Shown here: positions 1 to 13,211 of the stretch, piece by piece
Position numbering within the stretch: the stretch's first letter is position 1
Layout of the letters: the number at the start of each line of letters is the position of its first letter
DNA from: Gordius albopunctatus
Lineage: Eukaryota
DNA length: 64,000 nucleotides
NCBI GenBank assembly: GCA_964276515.1
Contig: OZ193909.1
Span: forward strand, 3,782,001-3,846,000
Reading direction: 5' to 3'
Position numbers and translations under genes: made by a program
The notes under the pieces: generated by a model
The model's input: the letters and a program-made list of their open reading frames with translations, nothing else
Databases searched by the model: none
What the model was told of the DNA's origin: nothing

Positions 1-109
1 GACTTATATTAAATATAATTATATCGATTTAAATCATTGGAAATTATTAAAAATTACCTATTCAATATTTTGATATTTTGTTAAAATTCCAAATTTTTTT
101 AAAATTTAG

Positions 110-3100
110 TTCTATATAAAGTCAACTTTGCGCTAACGTACGAAGAATTTAATGACAATTTCAATGCGTGTCCTATAGGAAGTTATGGAATTGATTGCTC
201 ACAAAGTAAAATAACACCTTTAAAAGTATCAATGAAAAAGTTTAAAAAAAGTCATAACATTTCGATTAGAACCTAACTCAATATGAAAAATCAAATATCG
301 TTTTTCATTTGGATATTTAAACTATATTCGTTGGTTAAGGTTTGTAGAACAGAATCAAACAATCAATTCTTTTTAAACAAATCAGAAAGGATTAAAATAA
401 ACTTTTTTGAATTAAAAAATTTAGAAGTAGTAAAAGGCTTTCATTAGTTAGTAAATAATATTAAAACGTTTCGAAAATTAGCCCACTTCACAGCCTAAAA
501 CTACAAATCTAGTTCCACTAAATAATGCCTCATAATCTTAATACTATATAAATTAACTAAAATTTAACGTTAATAATAACTTTGATAAAATAGACAGTTA
601 AAAAATGTTAAATACTTTCAATAAAACACATTTATAAAAACATATATTCTTTTGTTTACGCATATTTCACATGCTTATTAATAGATTGTTCGTGTAACTT
701 GAAAGGCTCATTTGGTGAATGTGATTTTTATGGTTGGTGCATATGCCATGATAACTATTCCGGAGGCTATTGCCAAAATGGTTATAATAATTATGACACA
801 TAATATATTCATTTCCAATTTATCAGTTATGTTATTTATGATTTGGCTATCAAAAAATTAATTTAGAATTAAGAAAATTTTCTTCTTCTTTATCAAGTAT
901 TTGATCTCACTGTCGTCGGGTTTGTTTTGACAGTTTTCTTTTATCTTGAATTGGTAAGGGCCATGTCTTGGTTAATATTCTTATTATTCATAACTTTGTC
1001 CACTTGTCCTTGCAATGAGACAAGAGCGTCCTCCTCCTCCTTTCCACGATACCCCCATATACAGTACTTTTCGAATACATCACTCGTCTTCCTTCTTAGT
1101 ATGTGCCCATCTTTTTTCGTTAAGTCCGTCATAAGTTGAATATCCATTTTCGTCCTGAGAAACATATGGTCGAGCTTAGTATACCCAAGGCTCCACCATA
1201 TGACTCTCTTCTCCATGGCCTGCACCAACTTTTCTTCCGTGACGTATAGTGCCTCTGTAAAGTAACCCCAATCTTACGATGGATTTGTAAGCTTTGTTCT
1301 TCAACCATAGTGGAATTTTCTTGTCGCACATTACACGTGATAGACTTCGCCATTTAAGCCATCTTTTTTGAATCCGGGCATTTACGTGTGTTGCGTAATC
1401 TCTCTCCTAATGTTGCATCGAGTCAAGGTATGCAAACCTATCTACTTTTGGGTACTTCATATAATCATCTAATGATGTGGTGTCTATAACCTTTATCTCC
1501 ATGTACACCGTTTTTATATTTTTGACCTTTAAACCATATTCCGCTGAGCGCTTTGACCATTTTTTGGCTTCTTAGAATACTTTCTCCTTTGTCCCTTCGC
1601 ATAGTAATATATCATCGGCATATAGCATACAGCAGATGGCTTATAAATGTCTCTAGTTATCATCCACAATTATATTGAATAAAAAACGATTTAAAGCAGA
1701 TCATTCTTGTAATCCAATTTTAACCTAAAAAGGTTGAGAGTCTCCAACTGTCGTCCTAACGCACGTTGAAGTTTGATACATATTTTTCATAAGTTGTACA
1801 TATGCGTCAGGGATGATTTATTTTACATTTACCAAAATATGGACTTTGCAACAAAACCTAATTTATTTGTATATGACCTTCACCCAAACTAAATTTTTAT
1901 ATCATATAGGATCAACATCTAATCAGATGAGAGATTTAAAGTAAAAAGCAGCTGACTTAACTTGCTTTTAAATGCCACAATTAAAACATTTTGATAATCA
2001 TCTATGTTGTATAAATCAAGGAAACACATGTATGAATAGAAAACCAATTCAATGCAGGGGGTTAAGATTAATTAGTTCATATTTAATTAAAATACCGTTA
2101 AAATTTATCTATATGAAAGACATTATTACTACGCTCTCTATATAATAGTAATAATAATAAAATTCTGAGCTAGACTCATATGCAACAAACTTCATTGTTT
2201 ATTTAGTGAGTAAATGTCCATCTAAAAAGGTGAATCCAATCGGAATGTGCATTTGTCAGGATTACGTTGTTGGGCAACTCTGCAACGAAAGTAAGTAACT
2301 TCTAAACCTATTTACTATGGCATAAACCAACGATTTGAAAAAATAAAAATGAAATGTATTTTTGGGGCAATTACAGAGTGCGTTCGGAGTCAAACACTGT
2401 GGACTCATAATGGATACTGCGTTTGCAAAGATGGATTTTATGGTCGTTTGTGTGAATCGGGTACATTATTCTCTATTAACCCTCGAGAGCATTCGTGGGG
2501 TCCAAACACAAATATAAAATGCATTTAAAAACGAATTAATCTGGCCTTTTCAGTAGCCTAATATTTTACCAAGAACTAAGTTTTAGGAAAATTTCATAAC
2601 TTTTGGCCCACTACTTTTTAAACTGTGTACCCCACGAATGCTCTCACGTAAGTTTTTTTCTATTGGAAAAAATGTATGTATTTTTTTTGTTTGATGATAT
2701 CTTTTACAATTTGTGTTTTTAATATATTTTGGACATTCTTTTAATAAAAAATCACGTTTATTTTGATTTATTTTAAGGTATATGATGTCAAGAGGTAAAA
2801 CTCTAAAATAGTCAAAATAAAAATGGGGGTCAAGAAAATCGTTAATAAGTTTTGTAATGTTGATTAGATTCATATCAAAATTTATACCATCAATCTTAAG
2901 ACCTTTATAAACACATTTTCAAAATTTGAAAGGTTTAAAAAAATACTTAAAAAGTTATAAGAAGTTAAAAAATGGGGTCAAATATACCCCACGAATGCTC
3001 TCGCGTTCGTGATTTTCAGGAGTGCTCTCGAGGGTTAATAAAGTCGTTAATTTGTTTCATAAAATTTTGAGATAAATTTGGCTTGTTCGTGATAACTGTG

Positions 3101-4194
3101 AAGGTGTACAAAGGTCACAACACCATAGAAATTGGTGCAACTCGTTCATAATGAGTTATTTGAGTTTTAAATAGAAACTATTGAACTATAAGTGATATCA
3201 AAATCTTACTTTTGCGGTGTTTTAAGAAGAATATTGCAAATAATAATTAAATGACATTATTTATAAGTGAGTTAAAAATTTATATATAACTTACGTAAGA
3301 AATTCAAGTCACTGTTAATATTTCAAAACTTATATTGATTTATATTTGGGTATTGAAGATAGATATATTTATGACTCTAATCAAGATATTAATAAATTTA
3401 ACATTAAAAATTATCGCACTTCCTATCCATTTAAAACAAAGCAACTAGATGCTATAAGGAGTTAAAAGAGGTTTAAAGAAAGTCGATCTTAAAATTAGAA
3501 GGCAGTAATCAAGGTTATTTAAAATATGAAACCTTATTACAATTTTATATTTAAAAATCTTTTTTAGCTATAACTAAATCATAGAAAAAAATATATATAT
3601 ATATTCTAAAATTTCTGACTTTATCAAATTCTCAAATTTAATGATTAATTCCGTTTTTTGTTATTACATTTTACCAGGGACGAATATAATATAACAACAT
3701 TGTTAATATTACCCGTCACAGTATCTTATATAGCTGGCTAATAATCATTCTAAGATTAATCTAAACTAAAAATTAGATTATATTTGAAAATTGGAAACCA
3801 TCAGGTTGAGATGTATGTGATTATCGATTATTATTTCGAATGATTTTCACATGTTTATAATATTTTTTATTTTAACTCCGACATTTTAGGAGCTTACAGT
3901 TTGGAAATTTAACAAAATTTCCTTCAATAGATATAATGACTTTTTCATCAATTTTTTTATGAAAAATTTGTAGTTTCTAGATTTAAAGTTTAAGATAAGA
4001 ATAAATGACTTAAAAGGTCTGGGTCCCCTTATTAAATTATATCAAAATTGAAAAATTCAATAATCATATCTTAAATTCACCTCTAATGTATTTGTTAGTT
4101 TGTAGTTGTAAGCATATGAAAAATGGAAACAAATGCTCTTGGGAAGGCAAATGCGAATGCCCAATCGGCAAATATGGAAGCAACTGCAGTTCAA

Positions 4195-4241
<47 letters not shown>

Positions 4242-6896
4242 ATTTAGTCTTTGTTTTAATAAGTTTCATCCATCTTGACGTTATGAAATTATGTTTAATC
4301 ATTATCCTATATATATATCGCGTGTGTTATTTAACTATTTTATTATTATGGACATGTCTAGGGGTGCCTATCCCCCCTCTTTTAATTGCTATGCATTTCA
4401 TGGTTAATACATATTATTATATATTAAGCCAAATGAGGATTAGAATTTAAAAATATCATCAGTATGCATCTCAGTTAATCATGAGCATCTTCTTTGCATC
4501 CCCATTTGAGTAAAATCTGACTTAGCCCATCATAAATTCCACCTTAACTACTCTCTATTACCAACTTATTTTTTTATAATAAATTTTTGAATACCAAATT
4601 TTCAATGATTAAAGCAATAAATGATCAAAACATCCTACCTTAAAAATTCATTTTCAGTGATAAGTTAATTTAAAAAATGAATTTTTTAACACTCTCTGTG
4701 TTGTAATTTCAGGAGTTCTCTAGGTACACCTCTCAATCATTGATTTAAATTTTACAGCATATTTATTTAGGGGGAAGAATTTTATTGTGATTTAAGTAGT
4801 AAAATATATAATTCAATTTACTCCTCATTTTTAAATTCTACCATTTTTACATCTTAAACTCATAGTTACCTATTTAAAATGACTACTTCATAGATTTATT
4901 CTCATATAATTTCAATAAATAAAAAGCCATATTTTTATTTAATATAAATTTTTTTTACCAAATTGCACATCTTCTGTAATTTTAAATGCAAGGAGTAATA
5001 ATTTTGAATCGTTAATAGATTGCGAATGCCATGAACGCAATTCCAAATCTGCCGAATGCAAATGCCATTATGAACGCGATTCAAAATCTGGTGAATGCAA
5101 ATGCCATAAAGGCGATCCCAAATCTGGCGAATGCAATAGAAAGCGTTGTTATTGCAAAACAGGGTTTTATGGCGACGATTGCAGTAAAGGTATTGGTGAA
5201 TGTCATTTATATAAAAAATAAATAAATAAAGCTCGCTTGTTTTGCTATAAAATTAGATAATACAGATTGGCAAAACATTTGACTAGTGATGATTATGTTT
5301 TAATACGTATTAATGATGAACACATGAAGTCTGGTTTAACATGTTTTATAAATTAGGGCTTTGTAAAGATTGTCAAATCCTTTATTTTTATTATTAAACC
5401 AAAACACGCAACGATAAAAATCAAATAACAGCGAAATTAAATATAAGCGAGGGTGTTGGTAAGGATGATAAAAAATTTAGCAGGTTTGATGATTAGATAA
5501 CTAGCTAGGTGCAGTTGAAAGCTATGTCAACAATGTGATGTTGGTAGAATAAGATGTGATCGCAAAAGTAATGAATAAATGGAATATCCAGAGGAGCAGA
5601 GTAACGTTGGAGTGAGTCCTGTAATCCCTTTATATTTGTTTGATAAATCTGGAAAAATCTATATATTTTTCGTAAAAAAAACAATTTGGTACATGCCAAT
5701 AAAAATACCAGTTTAACTGCAGTTGGATACATCGAAATCGCCACAGCTTAATTAAAGTGACAATAACATGCGTTTTCAACCATTTCTGATTGACCTATAA
5801 GTTTAAAAGTCTTTAAATTATTTCTAGGGGAACCTTATAAATCTATTAACATATGGAAATAACTTTTTAGATTATTCCAAAAAAATGAGCTTTTTACGTA
5901 ATGTTGTTGGGATGCTTCCGCTAGATTCAACGTCTTCCATTCTAAGTCTGTATTAATTACAAATGCTCTTAGAATGGTAAATTTTGTTATTGATACTTCA
6001 GATAAAAAAGTTTTTCATTTAAGAAAAAAACGAAATTAGTAACATTCTTTTATACAATAACAATACTAATATACAGCGAGGTTTCTGGCACTGATACCAA
6101 TGTGTCTCTAAAAGTGTTAAAACACCTTGATACATTATTAAAAATATGATCTCGATATTCTTCCCACAAGCTACTGGTATGCTTCAAAGATTATCTTAAT
6201 TTAAAAGAACATTTTATATGATTCTTATGAGTTTAGTGCTCAACTAAATATTTTTGATTTACCGAATATTATATACATTATTTTACGTATTTATACTAAT
6301 TTTGTATAAATCTAGAATGCCCGAAAAATTGCATTAACGCCTACGGACGTAACGACTGCAACATTGAAGGCGAATGCATATGCCTAGATGGCTATGCTGG
6401 GGATCGATGTCAAAATGTAATGCATGGAATATCTTGAGCTAATATACCTGTTCTCATAAATCAGCATAAAAAATGGCTAATCATTTGAGATGGAAAACTA
6501 AGACGATTGTCAAATTTGTCTCTTTAGCGTAGTGTAGTAAAAACGGGTGGGTTTTATTTGGTCGACCTTCGGTTTTAGTGGATTAAACATAAACAAACCA
6601 AAGGTTTTTTGGTCTGTTCTCCTTAGTCGACCTCTAGACTTAGTCGAAATTTTAAAAATAGACCAGAGTCGAGCATTTTGCAAATCAAATTCCTCAAAAG
6701 TGCACCGTATCTACTTGTTTCACTATAGATCGGGTGTGTTGAAAGCTATACAAGTTTCGCTGTTGATCTCAGAGCATCATAAAAACTATTAGTTAAATAA
6801 ATTAAGAAACCAATAAATATTATTCTATTTTTCTAGAAGTCAACATCCGATCCAATAAAAGAATGGCTTCAACTTAACGCCCAAAAAATATCATAA
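110..6896 (+). CDS. Multi-exon secreted-type EGF/laminin-EGF-like repeat protein (5' exon upstream of window). Exons 110-205, 685-780, 2207-2290, 2377-2460, 4099-4194, 5019-5189, 6316-6416, 6837-6896
   Basis: Manual splicing at AG/GT boundaries gives one open frame of Cys-rich modules: CPIGSYGIDCSQ, CICHDNYSGGYCQ, CICQDYVVGQLCNE, CVCKDGFYGRLCES, CECPIGKYGSNCSS, CYCKTGFYGDDCSK, CICLDGYAGDRCQN, ending KSTSDPIKEWLQLNAQKIS*. Internal introns are phase 1 except the last. AATAAA near 6958. Confidence 0.8.
880..1815 (-). mobile_element. 5'-truncated, degenerate RTE-clade LINE fragment in an EGF-gene intron
   Basis: Minus strand shows the RT YADD motif (rc of atcatcggcatatagcat near 1611-1628), WSLGYTKLDH matching the RTE copies at 22200 and 41800, and a (GAA)n-like tail near 880. 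Confidence 0.8.
2480..3034. mobile_element. Non-autonomous piggyBac-type MITE (555 bp)
   Basis: TTAA on both flanks (2476-2479, 3035-3038); perfect 12-bp TIR CCCTCGAGAGCA / TGCTCTCGAGGG; GAGAGCATTCGTGGGG recurs inverted near 2630 and 2987. Confidence 0.85.
4196..4238. repeat. (TA)n microsatellite starting in an intron donor
   Basis: About 21 TA units directly after the GT at 4195. Confidence 0.95.
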
Positions 6897-8097
6897 CATG
6901 GCTTATTATTTTTTACATATACCCTTATAGCTTTGTGTAATTTATATTATTTACACTAATAAATTTCCATATTAATTGCTATCGATGTATGCTTTATAAT
7001 AGGACATTTTTTGGTATACACAAAATATTTTATCATGATAAAATACAAATATTATAATTTATTTAAAAAAAATTAGAACCTTATTATTATTATGATCTGT
7101 TATCAAGAATCTATGAGAAAAAAATCTTACCAATAACTTTTATTTAATTAACTCGTATCTAAAAAATCGTTAAAATATTTATTTGAAACGAATTCACCTT
7201 GGTCATGTTATATTGCGACGCGCTTTATTGTCAACTTCTATTTGTCCTCGCAAACTTAAAAGGTTCGCCAAAGTTTTATTCTGTAGATGGGATTATATGG
7301 ATGAATCTTGCTGATATAAACTCATATCAATATTATATCTTACTTAACACCATCATTAGAGGCAATAACGTTTAAAGAGAGGCAAAATGAGAATTTTATG
7401 AAATTTTAAAGTATTTTCGGATTTAGAGGGCGCCAGCTGCCCCTCCCTACCACCCCCTGACGCCATGATAACTAATAAAGTCATGGCGAAATTAGTTATA
7501 GCGATTTATTAACCATTACTTTACTTTATTGTGATTTGTGAACATATTAATGCCTTCCATCGAAATTTCTCGTAACAAATTAACTCCAAAGATAACTGAT
7601 AAACAATTCTGCAAGAATCGATAGATTAAAGACGAATGCAAAAGTCAAAATTTCATCAAAAGAGTCTACCAAAAAATTTGGCAACAAAATACATGCCTTT
7701 TATTTAAACGAATTTTTGGGAGCATAACCTTCTTCATACCTGGCTAATAATATAGAATTATATTTGACACTGTATCACAAAACTATTTAAGACTAACTAA
7801 TATCGATCATGGCAATCAAAATCTGACTAATATAATGATTTTTATGGTTAAAAAGTTTATTTTAATGAAACAAAGTTACATAAATAAGCTAAATACANNN
7901 NNNNNNNNNNNNNNNNNNNNNNNNNNNNNNNNNNNNNNNNNNNNNNNNNNNNNNNNNNNNNNNNNNNNNNNNNNNNNNNNNNNNNNNNNNNNNNNNNNNN
8001 NNNNNNNNNNNNNNNNNNNNNNNNNNNNNNNNNNNNNNNNNNNNNNNNNNNNNNNNNNNNNNNNNNNNNNNNNNNNNNNNNNNNNNNNNNNNNNNNN

Positions 8098-9575
8098 ATA
8101 TTGTCAAATGCTCTATCTTCGAGGGCTCCACCAGTGGCCGCTGCCCCTTTACTTCCTTTTTCGTTCATTTGAAAATTGACTTTATGAACCATTTTATCCA
8201 ACGACAAGGCTTGTGATTTGACGATATTGTTCAAACCATGGCTGGAAACATGCATAATGGAAGTTCAGTTATATACATTTATACATAAAATTCATCTCCA
8301 AATATATATCGATAGTTACTTAAAGATGCAACTTAGATTAGAATTCGCCAATATCGTGTTCATCTGCAAGTTTAATATAATTATGTAATACCAATCCATT
8401 ATGTAGTATCCAATTTGTTTCCACTAATGGTAATTTAGGATTGATAAAATGGGAGGGTGGAAATGGGTTTAGATATTTCGGTCGTCCAGCGACCATTATC
8501 AAATCGTCCTTCGTTCCTTATTTGTAATCCACATCACTTGTAATTTACCCTTTTTTTTATTGATAATGGTCGCTGGACGACCGAAATATGTAAACCCATT
8601 TCCACCCTCCCATTTTATCAATCCTAAATTACCATTATTGGAAACAACCTCGATACTATCTGCAAGTTTGTTTTACAATCAATCAGGGGTATGGAGATGT
8701 TAGGAATTTTGATGGAAGCTTTCTTGAGTGCATTCTCTAATATATTAGGATCCATAAAAAGTTTGTATTTGAGTGCTTTTAACGTTGATTTGGAATTGGG
8801 AAGAATTAGGACCGTTTTGAATTTGGTCTCTTTGTGATTCAAGATTAAATAATTGGCCAAATCTCTCATGTCTGTATATTGTTCGATCTCTAATTAAGCT
8901 ATATTCATCACGGGTGTTAAGACATATCGACCGTCTTCTGTATGAAAATTTTGCTGAGTCGTTCATCTTCAAAAATTAATTAGAAAATATAAAGTGGACT
9001 TAAAAAATTAGCTCTTATCAAACGGAACCTCCCACAGTCCTTTAAAATAGAGAGTGCTGACAGAAGCTATAAGATTGTTGCTTGTAATATCTCCGGGGGA
9101 AAAAAATCCCGAATTTTGTTACGAGTAGCCTGAGCCATCAATGGATGGCTTTAATAGTTCAATCTGGTGAATTGTAACTAGTCGGGGTCCCCAAGGCCCC
9201 AAATATTTTCTTTACGGCGTTAGCATAATTTGGATGTATAGTCATTCTATTATTGACAAATAGCTAATTTAATATTTTAATTTTGGTTGCATCGTTTTCG
9301 TAGTCTTGGTATTTGCTCAAAAACCTGACTACCTTCTAATGTAATCGTGTGTGAAAGACTGCTGCGAAATATTTCCTAGTTCAGCGTAGCAGGTTTCATC
9401 CCTAGTTCCCGCCGCGTATATATGTACATGGCAATTTTAAGGTTAAACGGTGAAAATACGTAATTTTGGTCCATTTTGATGCTTACTAATGACCTGTGTG
9501 TTAATTTATAACATAATAATTTTTGAATTAAAAATTAAAAACTCACCGAAGCAGAGTAATGTAATGAACATGTCG
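8098..9575 (-). pseudogene. Serpin pseudogene, truncated by the N gap (reverse-complement duplicate of 61620-63096)
   Basis: Translations identical to the + copy (EKGSKGAAATGG hinge, YFKGLWEVPF, NYVFSPF); stops and frameshifts. Confidence 0.8.
8374..8657. mobile_element. 284-bp foldback insertion in the serpin (mirror of 62537-62820)
   Basis: Inverted arms of about 98 bp; flanking 12-bp direct repeat ATCTGCAAGTTT. Confidence 0.75.
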
Positions 9576-12020
9576 ATCTTTAAAAAAATTATCTCAATAA
9601 CCGTGAATGATTTTTCATGGGGTCAGTATCTAAATAAAGAGCTCAGCGACATCCTTAAAGTATAAGTAAACAGGATAGACTTGATAAATAGCCTCATTGA
9701 TTTTAAAAGGTGCAATCTTTTAATGTCATAGAGAAGAATAAGTTTGTTTCAAAAAATTCATTAAAACAGTGGATAATCTCCTTCTTATAATAAATTCAAC
9801 AAAACCCTTTCACAAGATCTCGCCTCGGTTTAGAAAAATCTCGATCACGTCTCGACGAGAATTCTCGACTTCTCTCGTTTTATTTTATAAAAAATTTATA
9901 CAAAATTAAAATTTCTTATATTTTGTTAAAAATATTAAATAAGTGATAAAAAAATCCAAATGGAAAACTTTTTATATTTTTCTAAGAACCTAAATACACA
10001 AACTTCTTAAATATCTAACACGACACGACATTTCATTGACAAAATAAAGATATGAACTAATTCATACAGATAAAACTTTCTATGGAAAGTGCAAATCAAA
10101 AATAAACTATAAATAATTTTGATGTATATAAAGTCGAATTTATAGTTCCAGCAAATTCAACATTTTATCTAATTCACCGTGTCTGTCAAATGTAAAAGAC
10201 TTGAAAATTTATAAGTTCACCTATATTTGACTTACTTATAGCGTTATAATCCACAAAATGACAGTGATTTTTAATGATAATAATATTATTTAAAGAATTG
10301 ATAATTAGTTGCACATATTATAACGTAAAACAACAATAAAAGTGGCATTATCAAAGGATCAAGAACATATAATTGTACACTTTAAATGAAAGCAGGCGTA
10401 TTTTATTTTATGACTATTATGTCCGTGACTAAACCGTCACTCCAAAATTATGTCAGAGAATAATTCGTCCTCGAATAAACCGTCAGTCCAATATTAGGTC
10501 TGAGAATAATTCGTACTTCCGATAAATATTTTATTTCCAGTAAAAATTATGCCACAAACGATTTATATCCAAGAAAATTTATTAATTGATATTGTATGTG
10601 CGCCGATGTCCCCTTTTATTCGGATACACTTCTTTTCTTCTCGTGTCTTGCACCAGTTGTCATTCCTTCCACCAGTTGTTATTGCCTCTGATAATACTCT
10701 CTTTGTGTGTCCCGCGCCAGTTGTTATTCTCCTTTGCGTCCTTCCCGTTACTCTTCCTAGATTTATTTTGTCTCTCACTTGCTATCGTCCCGCACCTGGT
10801 AATTACCCTGCGCCTCTGGTTGATCGTCTTTCACGACTCCCCATATGCCGCACCTCTCGTTGCTCCTCTTCAAAGAATCAATATGTGACATATATGACAT
10901 CTCCCTTTTTTACTCTTTTCCCTTTTCTTTGCTCGCCCCAATTCCGATACCCATAGTTCCGACGTGATTCCGTCTTTAGGTTACTACGCCCTCCCAAATA
11001 TTTATACACTAATAACTGCGCGCGATATACACCGACTACAATAATACACTATATTTTTATACGGACACTCCGCGTAATAACAATAGCGATATTCACAATT
11101 TCCGTAATAACATTTGAATACAACCTTGCTATTTCCCCTTTGACGTTATACATCCTTAGACGCTTTCTCTCAATAACTCATACGAGTATAAGTCCACAAT
11201 AAAAAGATTACAATATTCATATATCTTTCCTGATATACATCTCAACCCAGCCACGATATTTCAAATCCATCGTTACATGTCTTTACAGTTTTACATCGAC
11301 AACACACTACAGCTACCCGAACAATGTGGCATAAGTAATATATAAACCGAATGAGCATAAAAATACCCAATACCAATATGAGAATATAAATACACAATAA
11401 AAATATGAGAATATAAAAATAAAGTAAACATACACGACTATAATTATACAATAGAAATATGAGAAAATGAATATAAAACGGAAATACTATAATCCATCCG
11501 TATAAAACAACTGATATAACACCGAAATACTATCCAAGTACACATACAACATCGCAATAATACCTCACTTCACCTTTGATACTTTACATTATTTATTTTT
11601 TTTTTTTATTATTTTTTTTTTATTTATTTTTTTTTTATTATTATTTTTTTTTATTTTCTTTTTTTTTTAAGTGAATGAGTCATATACAGCATACCAATAT
11701 ATAAATATTGCAACATACATATTAATTCTTCACTTCCGCGACACTATATTATACCCGAAGTGCGTAATACAATTCTTATGTTACGATTTTGTACATAATA
11801 TTCTGCGAAATCGTGATAGTGAGAAATACAATTTCTCAACTCATACATCTCTTTTTACTTCCTCTTTTTTTTTTAAAGGCTCTCTGCCACAATAGGTATA
11901 GTAACCACAACATGATCATTAATGAAGGAGATATAAATATGAAAAAGTTAGATCATATACAAATGACAGACACATAGCAAAGAGTTAGGTAGAATAGAGT
12001 AAGCTAGCAGTATAGTGCAA

Positions 12021-12872
12021 TTAAAAATGATAGATAAGTCGGAGATCATATACTCTGAAACATAAATACTTTCCCCCTAACCCTTTCTTTTTGTGAAAGT
12101 GGAAAAATATATACCCTTTAGCGTAAGTAATACCATGTCTGTCACCTTCTGGACAGTCAACCTCTTTCCTATCCTCTCCTTTCCATCCCACATCTCCTTT
12201 ACAGTGTACACTACACATTATAATATTGCTTGGATTGTGCCCCTTACTTTTTTCCCCTTTGTTGCCCCTTGCCCCGCCACACCTAGCCCTCCCCCTTCTC
12301 CCTAGGGTTAACACTCTAACGACCATTTCCCACCGCTGTCGCTTATTAAGCATAAAAAACTTATTCTTTCTATATCTCCTAACTGCCCTCCTTACTACAA
12401 CTATGTATTTCACACAGTACCAAAACAATATGTACCAGCACCTGTCCGTGCTACTAACACTCCCATTTACGACTAAAATCACCGCATTATACAGAACACC
12501 GACTAAATACAAACTTACCCACACCACTTTAAGACTCACCCTTTTAAAGGAACTAAGTAGATATGCCCCTAATTTATAGGCACTTCTCCCCATCCTACCA
12601 TATATACGTAGCTCCTGCTGTACACAATATATATAAGTATCTATGACAAATTTACATATTATAAGTATAATTAAAAACATCACATGCAATAGACTTCTAC
12701 TATACCAAACGAGAAAGCTAATAATATTTTTACAATTAAATGTGCCCCGTCTCACCCCATATAGGAGTACATCTATGCAAAATTTCCAAACACTAAATAT
12801 AATACAGAAAACCTCATGCATAAAAAAAATAATATATCTAATTAACGCGCAAAAAATATCTTTACAATACAA
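12021..12872 (-). CDS. 283-aa hydrophobic, multi-TM-like ORF with basic/RGG-like stretch inside the LTR element; function unknown
   Basis: ORF track; several hydrophobic stretches followed by RRGRARCGGARG. GT-rich strand bias may contribute to the hydrophobicity. Confidence 0.4.
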   Translation of the reverse strand: MYCKDIFCALIRYIIFFMHEVFCIIFSVWKFCIDVLLYGVRRGTFNCKNIISFLVWYSRSLLHVMFLIILIICKFVIDTYIYCVQQELRIYGRMGRSAYKLGAYLLSSFKRVSLKVVWVSLYLVGVLYNAVILVVNGSVSSTDRCWYILFWYCVKYIVVVRRAVRRYRKNKFFMLNKRQRWEMVVRVLTLGRRGRARCGGARGNKGEKSKGHNPSNIIMCSVHCKGDVGWKGEDRKEVDCPEGDRHGITYAKGYIFFHFHKKKGLGGKYLCFRVYDLRLIYHF

Positions 12873-12919
12873 GGTGCTCCGTCTTATCCAAACACGGAGT
12901 CCACCTCGGCTCCTTAAAC

Positions 12920-13211
12920 GTCACGCTTGTACACGCCTAGGGCATTCCCTCGCCCTATGTCCTTACCCTCTACATATAAAACATATTAACTGCGGAATAC
13001 CTCTCGGACATGCACGCGTTTCATGCCCGATTTCTCCACATTTGTAGCCTTTAGCTACCCAATCTCTATCTCTCCTCCTCTCTCCACGGCATGTCTCACA
13101 CCGTTTACAACATGCCACTATACAATTCAAAATGACGTTAACAGTAAGCCCTATACAAAAACAACTAATATATACATAGTAATCTGTTATATATCCACGT
13201 TTAATATACAT
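12920..13211 (-). pseudogene. Gag nucleocapsid-like remnant with two CCHC zinc knuckles
   Basis: (G)YKCGEIGHETRAC ... CFICRG*GHRAREC; the first knuckle lacks Cys1 and the second has an in-frame stop. Confidence 0.65.

Noticed and set aside
5031..5225. NANAI-repeat ORF in the track
   Set aside because: Off-frame reading of the Cys-rich EGF exon 5019-5189.
5450..5760. Possible old LINE fragment on the minus strand
   Set aside because: No diagnostic RT motif recognised.
7835..8179. ORFs spanning N runs (also 59838-60192)
   Set aside because: Artefacts of translating through assembly gaps.
10549..10956. 135-aa ORF found three times (also 13613 and 60238)
   Set aside because: Lies within the LTR, antisense to the element; the repetition is explained by LTR copies and no domain is recognisable.
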